This document shows, piece by piece, positions 48,100 through 59,394 of a stretch of DNA of 64,000 bases (its first letter is position 1; every line of letters starts with the position of its first letter). The position numbers and the translations under genes were made by a program. Source of the stretch: Rhodospirillales bacterium (GTDB lineage: Bacteria; Pseudomonadota; Alphaproteobacteria; Bin95); contig JAYQLI010000012.1 of NCBI GenBank assembly GCA_038143065.1, forward strand, positions 32,001 through 96,000, in the 5' to 3' direction. The notes under the pieces are model-generated. The model saw nothing but the letters and a program-made list of their open reading frames with translations, had not been told where the DNA came from and ran no database searches.

Positions 48100-48445
48100 G
48101 TGGCACAATTACGCACATTTAAAGGCAGTACTAACTAGATTCTGACCTAGATAAGCGGGCATCGAAAAGCGATTGGAACAAAAAATTGCAAAACTCTTGA
48201 GAGCTGGCAAAAGTATCGTTCCCTTCACTTAAAACCTTCCACATGTTTCCACACCTTCCACCAAAGTATCCCCACCCCACCTCACATTACCAACCACTCA
48301 CCACAAAAGCGTTTAATGAGATCAGCTTGTTTGCTAAGAAAATAGCAAAGGCGAAACAGCCGCTCAGTTCTGTTTAAGTTCTGTTAACACCTGTTGGGTG
48401 CGCTGTGCCGTCAATTACAAGTTTCGGCTCTATACCTACATCAAT

Positions 48446-49052
48446 TAACTCGGGTCGTTTTCCATATATTTCGACACTTTCATTAATGCTTTTTATATCC
48501 TCTACAAAATTTCATTAACCGAGGAAATCCATCTAATAATTTTGGATCAAGCTTCTTCGACAAATCTAGGTGGTGAAAACACGCAAACTCAGCAGCTCTG
48601 GGCGTGTCATCAACAAAATACTTTCCATCATGTTTGTTCAGATAACGCTCTAAATCGAAAAATCTGCTTTCCAAATCAGCTCTCATCGCATCTCGTTTAG
48701 CTTTAAAGTCTTCACCAACCGCAAAATTAACGGTTGGATTTAAAGGCGCAAATAATTCCTGTGAACTTTGTAATACAGCACTTGCTTCAGCGGCCTTTTC
48801 TGGATCAGGTATCGTAAGACCTGCTATTGCTTCTATATAATTTAAGATCGCTATGCTCTGAGCAATCTGAGTTCCATTATCTAACTCCAAAATTGGTAAT
48901 TGTTTAAATGGCACATTTGCTTTTACGTTAATCCATTGATCGTCAAAATGATCCCAAGACATCAGATACTTGTACTCTATGCCAGAAGAGCACATCAGCA
49001 TTTGTGGTGCCTCGGCAAGCGCCCGCATTTTAAAATAAATAAGCTTAATCAT
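48446..49052 (-). CDS. Glutathione S-transferase (sigma-like)
   Basis: KLIYFKMRALAEAP, PFKQLPIL, AQSIAILNY. Confidence 0.88.
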
Positions 49053-49257
49053 CTGTCACCTTCACCAGTATGCACGATCCTAAAAGCGTAACGGCTAAAA
49101 AATAATTTTCAAAGAAATACCTTTTTCGAGAAAAAATGTGAGAGCAGGATACCTAGCAACTAGAGCGGCCGAGCTTTTTCTCCCCCCTTCTTTTTCTTGA
49201 TGTTGAACAATTCATTTGCTTAGGTTGATGCCTAATCTTTGAAGTTAAGGAAACAAA

Positions 49258-49521
49258 ATGTCATTGAACAAATATACTAAAGCCGAACTTCTTGAGATGC
49301 TTTCGTCTAGGGGCATTGATGCAAAGCCATCAATGAAGAAGGATGCGCTAATTGAATTGTTAGGAAATACCGTCGAGCCAGCGCGGGAAGAAGCAATGAT
49401 CGAAGCATCAGCGTCCGAGGAAAATACAAAGAGCACCACCAAACCAAGTGCATCTCAACCAGTATTTCTAGTAGTTGGTGTATTTATCGTACTCGCAATT
49501 CTTGCATGGATAATACTCTAA
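49258..49521 (+). CDS. Small protein with an HeH/Rho-N-like N-terminus and a C-terminal TM helix
   Basis: TKAELLEML..RGI....MKKDALIELL pattern; hydrophobic C-terminus. Confidence 0.6.
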   Translation: MSLNKYTKAELLEMLSSRGIDAKPSMKKDALIELLGNTVEPAREEAMIEASASEENTKSTTKPSASQPVFLVVGVFIVLAILAWIIL

Positions 49522-49603
49522 TATTGTTGAGATAATGTTTGCCCAGCGTTTCCTCAGAAAAGCAAAGGCTCAGCGCTTTTCCGCTAAACCCTTGATATTA
49601 GCA

Positions 49604-49636
49604 GTGAGCTGTACAGGATTTGAACCTGTGACTCTC
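49604..49636 (-). mobile_element. tRNA 3'-end remnant (probable old att site)
   Basis: Minus strand GAGAGTCACAGGTTCAAATCCTGTACAGCTCAC contains a full T-arm (ACAGG-TTCAAAT-CCTGT); flanked by CTAAACCCTTGATATT. Confidence 0.55.
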
Positions 49637-49668
49637 ATCAATTTCAATGAACTACGCTTGTTGTCTTA

Positions 49669-49832
49669 GCCCCCTAGCTCTGTGCCTTTATATTTTGGCA
49701 AAGGGAGTAAGGAAACATGTCTCGAAAGCGTTATTCTGATGCAGATGTGTTGAAGTTATTACGCAAAATTGATGTTCATTTGCACGATGGTTTAGACGTA
49801 GTAAGTGCGTGTCGCAAAGCTGGGATTTCTGG
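49669..49832 (+). mobile_element. IS3-family remnant (left end plus truncated orfA)
   Basis: MSRKRYSDADVLKLLRKIDVHLHDGLDVVSACRKAGIS, then truncated; homologous to 16989-17190. Confidence 0.8.
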
Positions 49833-49914
49833 ACTGGTTTTGAAGTAGTCGAAAGGATACAGGGTTGGGCATGTCACAGAAGTTAATTTCCAAGATGCTG
49901 CTGGGCAAGGTGGT

Positions 49915-50945
49915 TTATTCTGACAAAGCCGATGCATGCATTGTAGCCTGTAACAAAAGTCTAGGCTGAGTTTGAGCTTCCTCTTGAAAATTTAATTTTG
50001 AGCGCCATCCTCTCCAATTCGCCTGAATAAGAGCTTGAGCCGTCGCACCGCCAAGCGTGGTGCCTGGGCCCAAAACGATAAAAACATCTGGCATAAATTC
50101 ACGCGCCGCTGTGCGAATAGCTGCCGTAAAGTCATAAGGTTCAACAACCTGATGCCCTAGCGTGTAGTTATATAGCGCGCTAATATCTGTCGAGTTGGGA
50201 TACCAAATTGCACCACGACCATCAATGAGCGGGATGGTCGGTTGGACAAATAGCTGCTCTGAAAGCGCGTCAAAGCCAAGTTTGGAAATAGGTCTTTGCA
50301 AATGGGTATGAAAACCTGCATGATTTTGTAGGCGCATCGGGAAACGCCCCTGTAAAGCTGGGACTGATCTTTCAAATGCGCTCAAACCTGCCTCGTTTCC
50401 CGCAAGTACCAACATGCCACCAAGATCAATGGATAGGCCCAGATCGTGATCTGGGCGGGCGTTGATCGTGGCGGCTTCAGACAGCAAATTGTCGCGTCTG
50501 CCAGGAATTTCTTGCCAATTATCGTCTAGAAAAGGATAGATCAATTGGCCACCAATCATGTGAACTTGCATGAGCGTTCCCATGGTGTTGACAACCTGCA
50601 TCCCACCCATGGGATCAAGTGCACCCGCGCAAGCCAACGCGATATACCAACCCATGGAATTGCCCGTTATCCCAACAATATCGAAAAGATCACGATCAAT
50701 GGAAACAAAATCAGAATAGGCGCAGGCATAAATAAGCGGTGCCGCATTGTCACCGCGCGTGTGTGTGGGACCAGAAAATTGGGAAAACGTATCTAGCTCA
50801 CTGATTTTTTTTGGCCAAGCGTGGCGCGGTAAGCATCAAATTGGTCAAGATTTGGAGCGTTCGGGTGATGCCGTTTCAGATAACCGAGTTCGTTTTTATT
50901 ATAAGTGCCCCGGCCAGGCGCGATAACAACTGCGGTTTGTTTCAT
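49915..50945 (-). CDS. FabD-like acyltransferase (ACP S-malonyltransferase family), frameshifted
   Basis: VVIAPGRG, TGNSMGWY (GxSxG), HAGFHT, LGPG. Confidence 0.85.
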
Positions 50946-53125
50946 AAGGTATTCCAAAGCTTCGTAGCAGCCGTGATTATACTCTCTCGACTGGGCATTG
51001 TGGCGGCATATGCTGGACCCGTCGCGATAAAGCTATCTTCCGCAGCAAGACGTGCCACGGGGAGATCGCTGCGTTCCGTAAGCATCGCAAATAAGGCTTC
51101 GGCCTGGCCACCGGTTCCGCGACATTCATCTACAACCAGAACTTTTTGTGCACCGTCAATGGCGGATAATATGCCCTCGGCAGGAAGAGGGGCAATCCAG
51201 CGGATGTCGACAATACGTACTTCAATTCCTTGTTTTTTCAGAACTTTAGCGGCTTGTTGTGATAAATAATGACCATTGCCATAAGTGATAATAGCCAAAG
51301 GGCCATTGCCTGTAACGCCGACTTCGCCCAATGAAATGCATTCATCCATTGCGGGGTAAGTGTGCATCCAACCGCCGTCTTTTTCATCGTGCAAATCACG
51401 CATTGGATACAGCGCGATGGGTTCTACAAACACCACAACACGCTGTTCTTCGCGCGCTAGTCGTAAGCATTCGCGCAGCATTTTAACAGCGTCAGCACCG
51501 TGGGATGGGCAAGCAACGATCACTCCAGGGATGTCGCGCAAGACTGCAAGCGAATTATCGTTATGGAAATGCCCACCAAAACCTTTTTGGTAACCCAATC
51601 CCGCTATGCGCAGCACCATAGGGTTTGTGAATTGTCCATTGGAAAAAAAAGAGAGCGTTGCGGCTTCGCCGCGAATTTGATCTTCAGCGTTGTGAAAATA
51701 AGCAAGGAACTGGATCTCAGGAAGTGGAATAAACCCGTTATGGGCCAAACCGATCGCCAAGCCGAGTATGGATTGCTCATCTAGCAATGTGTCGATCACC
51801 CGATCCTGACCGAAACGATCACAAAGCTTTTGGGTCACACCATAAACGCCTCCTTTACGGCCCACGTCTTCGCCCATCATTATAATTTCAGGATGTTCAA
51901 GCATAAGATCGGTCAATGCCCAGTTTATCAACTTCGACATATTTTGAGGTTTTTCCATTTGTTGTATGTCGCTGCCGAATGCAATCTCTCGTGCCTCTTT
52001 AGATGGACCGTTGGTGAGCTTACATTCTCTTTTGGGTGGCACGATAGAGGCCATGACCTCCCGCGATGTAGACAGACGTTGTTGTTGGATCACCTCCTCA
52101 GCGACTCGAGCGCATTGCTCTTCAGTCTCAAGATATATTGAGAGAACCTGGTCAGCCGTTAGAACGCCGCTTTCGGTAAGCAAGCGCGCCGAATGCAGCA
52201 GCGGATCGTTTTGCTCCCATTCCTCAAATATACTTTTCGCCAGATAAGTTTGTTGCAGATCTGCGCCTGCATGACCGTAAAGGCGAACCAGCGAAAGATG
52301 TAAAAATGCAGGTTTCTTTCTTTTGCGGACATATTCTGCAGATGCCTGTGCTACGCAAAAAGTGTCAAATAAATCAAGGCCGTTTGCTTTGAAGTATTTC
52401 AGACCTGGTTTATTGGCAAAGCTTGCGCCAATCCAACCTTGAGGTGTGCGCGTGGAAATGCCGATATCGTTGTCTTCACAAACAAACAATAGAGGTAGTG
52501 GGACAGATTGATAGGAGGTCCAGCAGGCTGTATTTATTGCCCCTTGCGCTGTGGAATGGTTCGCCGACGCATCACCAAACGAGCACATGACAATGCTATC
52601 ATCCTTCAAAACTTTGTGTTCAGGTGGATGTCGTTTGGCTAATGAAATGGAATATGCAGTACCGACCGCTTTGGGAAGGTGACTGGCAATCGTAGACGTT
52701 TGGGGCGGGATGTTCATAGCCTTGGATCCAAGTACCTTATGACGACCGCCAGACATAGGGTCCGATTTTGCGGTGGAGAAGCTGAGCAGCATATCCCAAG
52801 CAGGTGTTGTTCCAGGCACCATTGCAGAACGGCGCGTTTGAAACGCACCATCCCGATAATGCAGAAACGCCATATCATCGGGCCGTAATGCAGAAGCAAT
52901 CGCCGCCATGCCTTCGTGCCCGGATGAACCGATGGTATAAAACCCTTGTCCAGCGCTTTGCATTTTGCGCGAGCGTCGATCAAGATTTCGGCTCAGGCAT
53001 TGAGCCCGAAAAATCGCAACGGCCTCAAAGCTAGACAAAGGACCGTATGGCGCATCACCACTGGGAAATTCACCTGCACTCACTCTGGCAAGAAAAGCCT
53101 CGTGAACGATATCTGCGCGATCCAT
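50942..53125 (-). CDS. ThDP-dependent 2-oxoacid dehydrogenase E1, alpha/beta fusion
   Basis: FGDASANH..EDN ThDP motif, GEDVGRKGGVYGVT, DTLLDEQSILG, EIQF. Confidence 0.93.
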   Translation of the reverse strand: MDRADIVHEAFLARVSAGEFPSGDAPYGPLSSFEAVAIFRAQCLSRNLDRRSRKMQSAGQGFYTIGSSGHEGMAAIASALRPDDMAFLHYRDGAFQTRRSAMVPGTTPAWDMLLSFSTAKSDPMSGGRHKVLGSKAMNIPPQTSTIASHLPKAVGTAYSISLAKRHPPEHKVLKDDSIVMCSFGDASANHSTAQGAINTACWTSYQSVPLPLLFVCEDNDIGISTRTPQGWIGASFANKPGLKYFKANGLDLFDTFCVAQASAEYVRKRKKPAFLHLSLVRLYGHAGADLQQTYLAKSIFEEWEQNDPLLHSARLLTESGVLTADQVLSIYLETEEQCARVAEEVIQQQRLSTSREVMASIVPPKRECKLTNGPSKEAREIAFGSDIQQMEKPQNMSKLINWALTDLMLEHPEIIMMGEDVGRKGGVYGVTQKLCDRFGQDRVIDTLLDEQSILGLAIGLAHNGFIPLPEIQFLAYFHNAEDQIRGEAATLSFFSNGQFTNPMVLRIAGLGYQKGFGGHFHNDNSLAVLRDIPGVIVACPSHGADAVKMLRECLRLAREEQRVVVFVEPIALYPMRDLHDEKDGGWMHTYPAMDECISLGEVGVTGNGPLAIITYGNGHYLSQQAAKVLKKQGIEVRIVDIRWIAPLPAEGILSAIDGAQKVLVVDECRGTGGQAEALFAMLTERSDLPVARLAAEDSFIATGPAYAATMPSRESIITAATKLWNTL

Positions 53126-53144
53126 AAATTATTTCCCTAGATGT

Positions 53145-54353
53145 TCAAAAAAAGGCCTGCAAGCCGGTCTGTGCGCGGCCCAAGATAAGGGCATGCACAT
53201 CATGGGTTCCTTCGTAGGTGTTAACCGTTTCCAGATTAACCATATGGCGGATCACCTGAAACTCCTCAGAAATTCCATTGCCTCCGTGCATGTCACGAGC
53301 ATGGCGAGCAATTTCTAAGGCTTTGCCGCAATTATTACGCTTCATAATACTGATCATTTCTGGCGCAGCCTTTGCCTCGTCCATCAGGCGGCCAATGCGC
53401 AAGCTTCCCTGCAAACCAAGTGTGATTTCAGTTTGCATATTGGCCAATTTCAATTGGAAAAGTTGTGTTTGAGCAAGTGGTTTATTGAACTGTTTACGAT
53501 CCAAACCATACTGGCGCGATGCATGCCAGCAGAATTCTGCAGCCCCCAGAACACCCCATGAAATACCGTAACGTGCCCGGTTCAAACACCCAAACGGCCC
53601 CTTAAGACCTTCGACATTCGGAAGCAGTGCATCTTCGCTCACTTCCAGGTTATCCATAACAATTTCGCCGGTGATTGAGGTACGCAATGACATTTTACCG
53701 CCAATTTTAGGTGCCGAAAGACCTTTCATACCTTTATCCAGAATGAAGCCGCGAATTTTATCGCCATGGGCGTTAGATTTTGCCCAAACCACAAATACAT
53801 CTGCGACTGGGCTGTTTGAAATCCACATTTTAGAACCGTTAAGGACATACCCGCCCTGCACTTTTTCTGCGCGGGTTTTCATATCACCCGGATCACTACC
53901 GGCATCTGGTTCAGTAAGCCCAAAACAACCGATGAATTCGCCACTGGCCAGTTTAGGTAAATATTTCTGACGCTGTTCTTCGGAGCCATAGGCATATATC
54001 GGATACATCACCAATGAGGATTGCACGGACATCATAGAACGGTACCCAGAATCAACACGTTCAATTTCGCGCGCAACCAGCCCGTAAGTGACATAAGATG
54101 CGCCTAAACCGCCGTATTCCTCAGGAACGGTAACGCCAAGCAAACCCATTTCTCCCATTTCACGGAAAATTTTTGTTTCTGTGGTTTCATTGGCATAGGC
54201 TTCAATAACGCGAGGCTGTAGTTTTTCTTGAGCAAAGGTACGGGCTGAATCCCGCATCATCCGTTCTTCCTCATTGAGTTGCTGCTCCAGAAAAAATGGG
54301 TCATCCCAGTTAAAACAAGACAAGCCTGGGACGTCTTTGGGTTTTAGTGACAT
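53145..54353 (-). CDS. gcdH: Glutaryl-CoA dehydrogenase
   Basis: [62 protein letters not shown]. Confidence 0.95.
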   Translation of the reverse strand: MSLKPKDVPGLSCFNWDDPFFLEQQLNEEERMMRDSARTFAQEKLQPRVIEAYANETTETKIFREMGEMGLLGVTVPEEYGGLGASYVTYGLVAREIERVDSGYRSMMSVQSSLVMYPIYAYGSEEQRQKYLPKLASGEFIGCFGLTEPDAGSDPGDMKTRAEKVQGGYVLNGSKMWISNSPVADVFVVWAKSNAHGDKIRGFILDKGMKGLSAPKIGGKMSLRTSITGEIVMDNLEVSEDALLPNVEGLKGPFGCLNRARYGISWGVLGAAEFCWHASRQYGLDRKQFNKPLAQTQLFQLKLANMQTEITLGLQGSLRIGRLMDEAKAAPEMISIMKRNNCGKALEIARHARDMHGGNGISEEFQVIRHMVNLETVNTYEGTHDVHALILGRAQTGLQAFF

Positions 54354-54364
54354 ATGACTATCCT

Positions 54365-55597
54365 TTATGAAAGTTTGGCCACGGCGTTAGCAATACGCGC
54401 ACAACCTTCTTTTAAATCCGCCATCGCATAGGCGTATGACAATCGAAAATGGCCGGACAAACCAAAAGCGCGCCCGGGCACAAGCGCAACGCCGGCACTG
54501 GCTAAGATGTATTCACAAAATTCGGCGTCAGTGGTTAGCTCGGTTCCATCTGGCGTTTTGAGGCCAAAGGTTTTCACACATGAGGGAAAAACATAAAACG
54601 CACCGCCCGGGGTGGGGCAATCAAGGCGCCGTGTTTTGTTCAATGCATCCACCACATAGTCTCGACGTTCTTTGAAAGACGCTAGGCGTTTGCTCAGAAC
54701 ATCTTGTGGCCCTGTAAGGGCAGCAATTGCGGCGGCCTGCGAAATTGAGCATGCTCCAGATGTGGATTGGCCCTGCACGCCCACCATTGTAGCGATAAGT
54801 TCACGCGGGCCAATGCCCCAGCCCAAACGCCAACCAGTCATGGCATAGGCTTTGGACACACCATTTACAATGAGCATGCGGGCCAAAAGGTCGGGCGCAA
54901 TTTCACGGAATGATGTGAAAGTATCATATGAGATATGTTGATAAATTTCATCTGCCAATATCCAAACATGCGGGTTTGCACGCAAAACATCAGCGAGAGC
55001 AGATAATTCTTGTGAAGAATATAACGCGCCAGACGGATTGCCAGGTGAATTCAGCAATAACCATTTTGTTTTTGATGTAATTGCGGCAGACAGTTGTGCT
55101 GGGGATAGCTTGAAATTTGTTTCGCCAGTGCATGCGACTGGCACTAAATTAGCCTGACAAAACGCTACTATGTCGGCGTATGATGTCCAATAAGGCGCAG
55201 GAACAATAACTTCGTCTCCTTGATTAAGCGTGGCCAGGAAAGCATTTGATAGCACCTGTTTCGCTCCTGTACAGACGATCACTTCGGTTTTGTCCGGTTT
55301 TCCGCTTGGGCCGGAAGCCGTGTGTTCTATAATGGCCTTCCTTAAAGAAGGTATGCCCTGCGTTGGTGGGTAAGTTGTTTGCCCTGCTAGCATAGCAGAA
55401 TGCGCGGCTTCGATGATATTCATTGGTGTTGGGAAATCTGGTTCGCCGGTACCAAAACTAAGAATATTCTCACCTTTAGCTTTGCGGGCTTGCACTGATT
55501 CTGAAATCCGAACGATTTCGGATAGTTTAACAGCTGCAGCGCGGTCAGATCTAGCAAACATAGGTGTTTTAATTTTTGTGTTCATTACGATACGCAA
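54365..55597 (-). CDS. PLP-dependent class I aminotransferase (AspC-like)
   Basis: [35 protein letters not shown]. Confidence 0.95.
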   Translation of the reverse strand: MRIVMNTKIKTPMFARSDRAAAVKLSEIVRISESVQARKAKGENILSFGTGEPDFPTPMNIIEAAHSAMLAGQTTYPPTQGIPSLRKAIIEHTASGPSGKPDKTEVIVCTGAKQVLSNAFLATLNQGDEVIVPAPYWTSYADIVAFCQANLVPVACTGETNFKLSPAQLSAAITSKTKWLLLNSPGNPSGALYSSQELSALADVLRANPHVWILADEIYQHISYDTFTSFREIAPDLLARMLIVNGVSKAYAMTGWRLGWGIGPRELIATMVGVQGQSTSGACSISQAAAIAALTGPQDVLSKRLASFKERRDYVVDALNKTRRLDCPTPGGAFYVFPSCVKTFGLKTPDGTELTTDAEFCEYILASAGVALVPGRAFGLSGHFRLSYAYAMADLKEGCARIANAVAKLS

Positions 55598-55678
55598 TTA
55601 TTTTTGTTGATATGAAACAGATATCTTTATTAATATCGAATATTACGGACAAATTTTACGAAATTTTGGAATTAGATC

Positions 55679-56599
55679 ATGTCAAAATGGAATGATACTT
55701 CCATCCCGAGGAGGTTCCTACCTCCGTTTGCGTGGCTCGCCTCGTTCGAAGCAGTTGCAAGGCGCGGATCGGTCACAACTGCGGCCCATGAACTAAACCT
55801 TACGCAAGGCGCGGTCAGTCGCCATGTGCAAAAGCTGGAACAGCAAATCGGTGTGCAGTTGTTTGAACGGGATAAGCAGCGCCTGCATTTAACGGGGTCG
55901 GGTAAGACTTATGCAGAAGAGGTGCGCCAAGGCATAAGCCAAATAACCAACGCTGGCGTCAAATTGCATACTAACCCTAATGGGGGCGCGTTGAATTTAG
56001 CGGTGCTACCAGCATTCGGAACCCATTGGTTAGCGCCGCGTTTGGCGGATTTCATTGGCCAGTGTCCTGGCGTGACAGTCAATCTGTCAACGCGAACCCG
56101 TCCTTTTGACTTTTCGAACGAGAATTTTCACGCGGCCATACATTTTGGATTGAACGACTGGCCGGACGTGAACAGCTTGTTTTTAATGGAAGAAGAAGTA
56201 GTTGCCATTGCAGCACCCCTGATCGTGAAGCCAAGCGCCGCAAACGATATGGACGAGATTCTGAAAATGCCACTGTTGCATCTGCAGACACGGCCGGCAG
56301 CGTGGAGCCGTTGGTTTGCGCAACAAGATTTAGACGTGAAAAATATAACCGGCATTCAGTTTGACCAGTTTGCGACGATGATACAAGCAGTAGTTTCTGG
56401 CCTTGGCGCGGCAATTGTGCCCAAATATCTTGTCGAGAACGAGCTAAAACAAGGGAGACTGGTTGGGCTGGGCGGTTCTGCGACATCTGTAATTGGATCG
56501 TATTTTCTTGTATGGCCAGAACGCAGCGCACATCATCCCCCGGTTATGGCTTTCCAAAAGTGGATGAAATCCCTGGTAGGAGAAAACGCAATAATTTAA
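55679..56599 (+). CDS. LysR regulator, GcvA/GcdR-like
   Basis: FEAVARRGSVTTAAHELNLTQGAVSR; divergent from the gcdH operon. Confidence 0.93.
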   Translation: MSKWNDTSIPRRFLPPFAWLASFEAVARRGSVTTAAHELNLTQGAVSRHVQKLEQQIGVQLFERDKQRLHLTGSGKTYAEEVRQGISQITNAGVKLHTNPNGGALNLAVLPAFGTHWLAPRLADFIGQCPGVTVNLSTRTRPFDFSNENFHAAIHFGLNDWPDVNSLFLMEEEVVAIAAPLIVKPSAANDMDEILKMPLLHLQTRPAAWSRWFAQQDLDVKNITGIQFDQFATMIQAVVSGLGAAIVPKYLVENELKQGRLVGLGGSATSVIGSYFLVWPERSAHHPPVMAFQKWMKSLVGENAII

Positions 56600-57108
56600 C
56601 CATCGGAGGTTGCCAGTTTTTTCTTAGATGGTTGTTGATTGGGACGCCAAGGTGCACGGCTACTGTGATCATTGGCAGAAATCAGTTTTTGGGTCAGCGT
56701 CATATACAAAGCGTATTCTTCATCTGTCAGAGGATCTATCAGCCGCCTTTGTGCTTTCACCATTCCAGGTTTCACTTTTTCGACAAGCTGGCGTCCCGCA
56801 AGGGTTATTTTGGCCAGCTTTGTGCGTTTGTCTGTCGGATTATCGGGCCGCTCCAGTAACTCGCGTTTGGCCAGACGTCTGATAACATCCGCAGCGGTGT
56901 TTCTGTCCACGCCAATCATTGAGGCAATGGTAACCTGATCGCGAACATTGCCATCTACAAGTACCGTAAGCACACCAAATTGGACAGGTGTTAGATCATG
57001 CTTGCCGCATTCCTCCAGAAAAAGGGCTACGTGGATTTGGTGCAACCGCCGAATAAGGTGTCCCGGTCGATCTGTAAGGTTTTGAAAAATCGAATCATCA
57101 ACTGACAT
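56596..57108 (-). CDS. MarR family regulator
   Basis: RPGHLIRRLHQ, LTPVQFGVL, GVDRNT, DKRTK. Confidence 0.93.
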   Translation of the reverse strand: MSVDDSIFQNLTDRPGHLIRRLHQIHVALFLEECGKHDLTPVQFGVLTVLVDGNVRDQVTIASMIGVDRNTAADVIRRLAKRELLERPDNPTDKRTKLAKITLAGRQLVEKVKPGMVKAQRRLIDPLTDEEYALYMTLTQKLISANDHSSRAPWRPNQQPSKKKLATSDG

Positions 57109-57256
57109 AGAGGCTCTGGTTTTAATTACTGCTTAATCGGTATTATATACCAAAGCACCGTGATTTAAACCAGCGCTTGAAAATGTAAGGTACAGCGGGC
57201 CGCACACAGGAAGAGCCACAAGGTGTGTGGATGACGGATAAAAAAATGTCTTTTAT

Positions 57257-57286
57257 TTGACACCGCCAATTTCCGTAGTACACTAC
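57257..57286 (+). promoter_or_regulatory. Sigma70-type promoter with an overlapping palindrome (candidate MarR operator)
   Basis: TTGACA-16nt-TACACT; palindrome GTAGT-AC-ACTAC covers the -10 element. Confidence 0.6.
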
Positions 57287-57321
57287 CTAATATTGTGTGT
57301 TCGAACTTTGGAGAAAACCGT

Positions 57322-59394
57322 ATGGGTTGGACAGTTGGTGTGGATGTCGGCGGGACATTTACTGATTTTTATGCAGCGAACGATCAAACCGGAGTGTTTC
57401 ACGTTCACAAAACGTCGTCCACGCCTTCGAACCCAGCTGAAGCAATTCTAAATGGTCTTGACGTAATGTGCACCAAGTTCGATATCCCAGCGGATGAAAT
57501 CGAACGGGTGTCCCATGGAACAACAGTTGGCACCAATGCGCTGATCCAGCGCACTGGAAGCCGTGTGGCCTTGGTAACAACCAAAGGGTTTTGCGATCTG
57601 TTGGAAGTTGGTCGCCAAACGCGCCCTCATATGTATGACTTGCAACGGGATCACCCCGATCCGCTAGTGGATCGGGAATACCGCATTGAACTGAATGAAC
57701 GTATCGGCGCAAAGGGTGAAATCGTTCGCGCTCCGAGTGCTGAGGATATCGATGCGGCTGTTGATGAAGTGATTTCTGTGGCTGCAGGCGCCTGCGCCAT
57801 TGGGTTTGTTTTTTCGTTCAGAAATGACAGCCACGAACAAGCGTTTGCAAAGGCCTTGCGCAAACGTGCACCAGAGATTGCGGTTTCGGTGTCCTCCGAA
57901 GTACAGCCAGAATTTCGCGAATATGAACGACTATCCACAACAGTTCTCAACGCCTATTTGCAGCCTGTTATGTGGCACTATTTGGAAACCTTGGAAGCAG
58001 GGATCGCAGAACGTGCGCCCAATGCCAGCCTTGGGATTAACCAATCAAGTGGTGGATTGATGTCGGTTCAGCGGTCAAGGGAATTTCCAGTGCGGACTGC
58101 TCTGTCTGGTCCTGCTGCAGGTGCAGTGGGCGCGGCCCATGCGGCACGTCAAACAGGACGCCGCAATATCATTACGCTCGATATGGGTGGCACCAGTGCC
58201 GATGTAGCGTTGATCCGTGACTACAGCGTTGATCTGGCGTTTGATCGTGATGTAGCTGGCTTTCCTATTCGGATGCCGTGCGTTGATGTGGAAACTGTTG
58301 GTGCGGGTGGTGGCTCGATTGCGTGGTTTGATCGTGATGGTCTGTTGAAGGTTGGTCCAAAATCCGCAGGGGCGTATCCCGGACCCGCGTGTTACGGCAA
58401 TGGCGGCGACGAACCGACAACAACGGATGCGAACCTATTGCTAGGTCGTTTGTCTTCACGCGGTTTGCTGGATGGTGAAATGGGGCTTGATCCAGAGTTA
58501 TCCCGTGCAGTTTTTAAGCCGATTGCGGATCAGTTGGGTTTTACCCTCGAAAAAACCGCACAGGGGATGCTGGGTATCGTAATTGCCAATATGGTGCGAA
58601 CGATCCGCACCATTTCTGTTGAGCGTGGACATGATCCGCGTGACTTTGTGCTGATGCCATTTGGTGGCGCTGGGCCTCTGCACGCCCGTGATGTGGCTGT
58701 AAGCCTCGGCATGAAAGAAATGGTTGTGCCCGCCGCACCTGGTATCGTTTGTGCTCAGGGTCTGTTAGTGTCTGATTTGAAAGAAGATTTTGTTGTCAGC
58801 CGCCGTATTGCATTGGATGACACTGGGATCGGTGTTTTGGCGCAAACATTAGCAGACTTGCACACCAAAGCCGTGGATTGGTTTGCCAAGGAGAAAGCCC
58901 CTGAAACTGGTCGTAGTGTTCAATTGATTGTGGATGCGCGGTATGTGGGTCAAAACTTTGAACTTGCAGTGCCCGTGGCCGCAGGTGCGCAGTTATCTGT
59001 AAACGATGTACCAAATGCCCAAACGGTGACCAAAGCATTCTGTGATGCGCATGATCAAGCTTATGGCTACGCCAGCGAAACTGATCCCGTTGAAATAGTG
59101 AATGTTCGCTTGTCGGCACGTGCAAAGTTACACACATTCGAGGACAAACCAGCCGTAGATAGTGAAATAGATGAACCACAGGTGCGCGACACTCGTTTAG
59201 TTTATTATGATAGCGATGCTCCTGTTGAATCGCGTATTTACGACAGTGCGGAAATGCGCCCGGGCCAACGGGTCACCGGCCCAGCGGTTCTGGAGCAAAT
59301 GGACACGACCACACCAGTTTACCCTGGTGATGTTGCTGAAATGACGCCCGATGGGCATTTGATTATCACCATAAAGCCGGAGGACCTTGCATGA
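57322..59394 (+). CDS. Hydantoinase A / 5-oxoprolinase family subunit
   Basis: GVDVGGTFTD, HGTTVGTNAL, SGPAAG, DMGGTS, GAGGGS, FGGAGPLH. Confidence 0.95.
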   Translation: MGWTVGVDVGGTFTDFYAANDQTGVFHVHKTSSTPSNPAEAILNGLDVMCTKFDIPADEIERVSHGTTVGTNALIQRTGSRVALVTTKGFCDLLEVGRQTRPHMYDLQRDHPDPLVDREYRIELNERIGAKGEIVRAPSAEDIDAAVDEVISVAAGACAIGFVFSFRNDSHEQAFAKALRKRAPEIAVSVSSEVQPEFREYERLSTTVLNAYLQPVMWHYLETLEAGIAERAPNASLGINQSSGGLMSVQRSREFPVRTALSGPAAGAVGAAHAARQTGRRNIITLDMGGTSADVALIRDYSVDLAFDRDVAGFPIRMPCVDVETVGAGGGSIAWFDRDGLLKVGPKSAGAYPGPACYGNGGDEPTTTDANLLLGRLSSRGLLDGEMGLDPELSRAVFKPIADQLGFTLEKTAQGMLGIVIANMVRTIRTISVERGHDPRDFVLMPFGGAGPLHARDVAVSLGMKEMVVPAAPGIVCAQGLLVSDLKEDFVVSRRIALDDTGIGVLAQTLADLHTKAVDWFAKEKAPETGRSVQLIVDARYVGQNFELAVPVAAGAQLSVNDVPNAQTVTKAFCDAHDQAYGYASETDPVEIVNVRLSARAKLHTFEDKPAVDSEIDEPQVRDTRLVYYDSDAPVESRIYDSAEMRPGQRVTGPAVLEQMDTTTPVYPGDVAEMTPDGHLIITIKPEDLA

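Noticed and set aside
990-50945. Mass pseudogenisation of island genes
   Set aside because: Indels affect nearly every gene while catalytic motifs stay intact, and they become rare after about 51 kb. This fits low-coverage long-read error better, although real decay of some genes cannot be excluded without reads.
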